Below are positions 8,868-9,995 of a stretch of 9,995 nucleotides of DNA, piece by piece. Position numbers and translations under genes: made by a program. Position 1 is the stretch's first letter, and the number at the start of each line of letters is the position of its first letter. The stretch lies in the NCBI GenBank assembly GCA_004022145.1, contig RCNU01000058.1. One strand, written 5' to 3'. The DNA comes from Paecilomyces variotii. Taxonomy: Eukaryota. The notes under the pieces are model-generated. The model was given only the letters and a program-made list of their open reading frames with translations. It ran no database searches and was not told where the DNA came from.

Positions 8868-9995
8868 TTTAAATATAATATTAAATAGAATATTACCTTT
8901 AATAAGATAAATCTAAATTTCTTAATAAGTACTAATAATATTTAAAGGGAGATAATAATATTTAAATTATATAAATATATAATCTAAGATTAAGACTAAT
9001 AAATAGATTCTTAATTATATCTTAATATTTAGATTTTAATTATTATAGTATTAAAATATCTTATAAAAAATCTTTTTATAATATTATATTAATTTTTTAT
9101 TATATTTTACTAGACCTAAGTTTTAAAATATTTAAATTTTATATTAGAATAAAGGATTATTATAATTATATATATAAATCCTTAAAATTTATATATTTTA
9201 GTATAATAAGTTTATAACTTATTATAAGCTTTAGATAAAATATCTTAGAGTTATATCTTGTATATAGTTCTTTTTAATTTTAAATATTTTATATAGTTAT
9301 TAAGATAATTAAAGATAATATTATAGATTTTAAAAACCTTATAAATTAATAGATTATTTATTTTTAATATAATAAGAGTAAGATTATAAAATAGCTAAAT
9401 TAACTTAATAAGATATTTAATCTAATATTATTTAGTAGAGGATAATATTAGAAAATAAATATCTTTATTAGCCTATAATATAATAAATTATCTAATTATT
9501 ATATATAGTTTAAGGGTATATATAAATATAAGATATATTAAATTCTATTATATCTAATAATTAAAAAATAATAATTTTAGCTAATTAATACTTAATTATT
9601 ATAATATTAAGAAATATTCTTAATACTAAGAGCTTATATTAATAAATCTAATAATCTTATAAACCTATACAGAAATCTATTAATATTAATCTAACTTAAG
9701 TTAAATAGAGAATACCTTTTCTAATAATATTAGAATATCCTAAAGATATAATAGGCCTCTATCTTTTTTTATATCTTAATTAATACTATTATTAATAGGA
9801 ATATTAATATAAAGTTTACTTAATAAAATATTAACTGTAAGTTATAAAATATATACTAAATATAGAATATAATAGCAATTTAAAATAAGTTAACTTAGTA
9901 TTATATCTTAGAAATCTTTTAATAATAAATCTGTTTTAAGCTTACTCTTTAAGCTTTTATTTAGCTTTATTATTAAGATAATATTATTATTTATA

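Larger units (their letters stand above)
1..9995. other. RIP-mutated AT-rich transposon-derived block (fungal heterochromatin-like)
   Basis: TA dinucleotides dominate and CA/TG are scarce throughout. Copies of the 147-bp repeat differ almost only by C>T/G>A transitions. Relic frames contain TAA/TAG where Q/W/R codons are expected. Only one short ORF survives in 10 kb. Confidence 0.95.
7863..9995. mobile_element. Probable DNA transposon relic, possibly hAT-like; extends beyond the window
   Basis: It interrupts Gypsy pol abruptly and begins with a cluster of direct and inverted short repeats. The interior is too degraded for a firm translation. The last codons on + (KSFNNKSVLSLLFKLLFSFIIKIILLFI) weakly resemble the segment after the BED finger in fungal hAT transposases. 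Confidence 0.45.

Noticed and set aside
1-9995. Organelle DNA, AT-rich bacterium, or alternative genetic code with TAA/TAG read-through
   Set aside because: Stops, and D>N, E>K, P>L, C>Y, H>Y changes in catalytic motifs, are all explained by C>T/G>A transitions. Spliceosomal introns and Gypsy pol indicate fungal nuclear DNA.

Overview
Very AT-rich fungal (ascomycete-type) repeat DNA degraded by repeat-induced point mutation (RIP): TpA is abundant, CpA/TpG is depleted, and no intact gene remains. Reading TAA/TAG as mutated CAA/CAG/TGG/CGA codons, by eye, resolves three adjacent, probably nested element relics. (1) 1-6222 is a large Mutator/MULE-like DNA transposon. It has a multi-intron DDE transposase pseudogene on + whose C-terminal region carries an in-frame 147-bp (49-codon) tandem repeat encoding AT-hook (RGRP) motifs. 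It also has a second, convergent, multi-intron gene relic of unknown function on -, and a GC-rich candidate terminus at about 6097-6222. (2) 6223-7862 is a Ty3/Gypsy pol fragment (RT plus RNase H) cut off at both ends. (3) About 7863-9995 is the end of another probable DNA transposon with inverted subterminal repeats, possibly hAT-like. All protein readings are manual de-RIP reconstructions; no searches were run.
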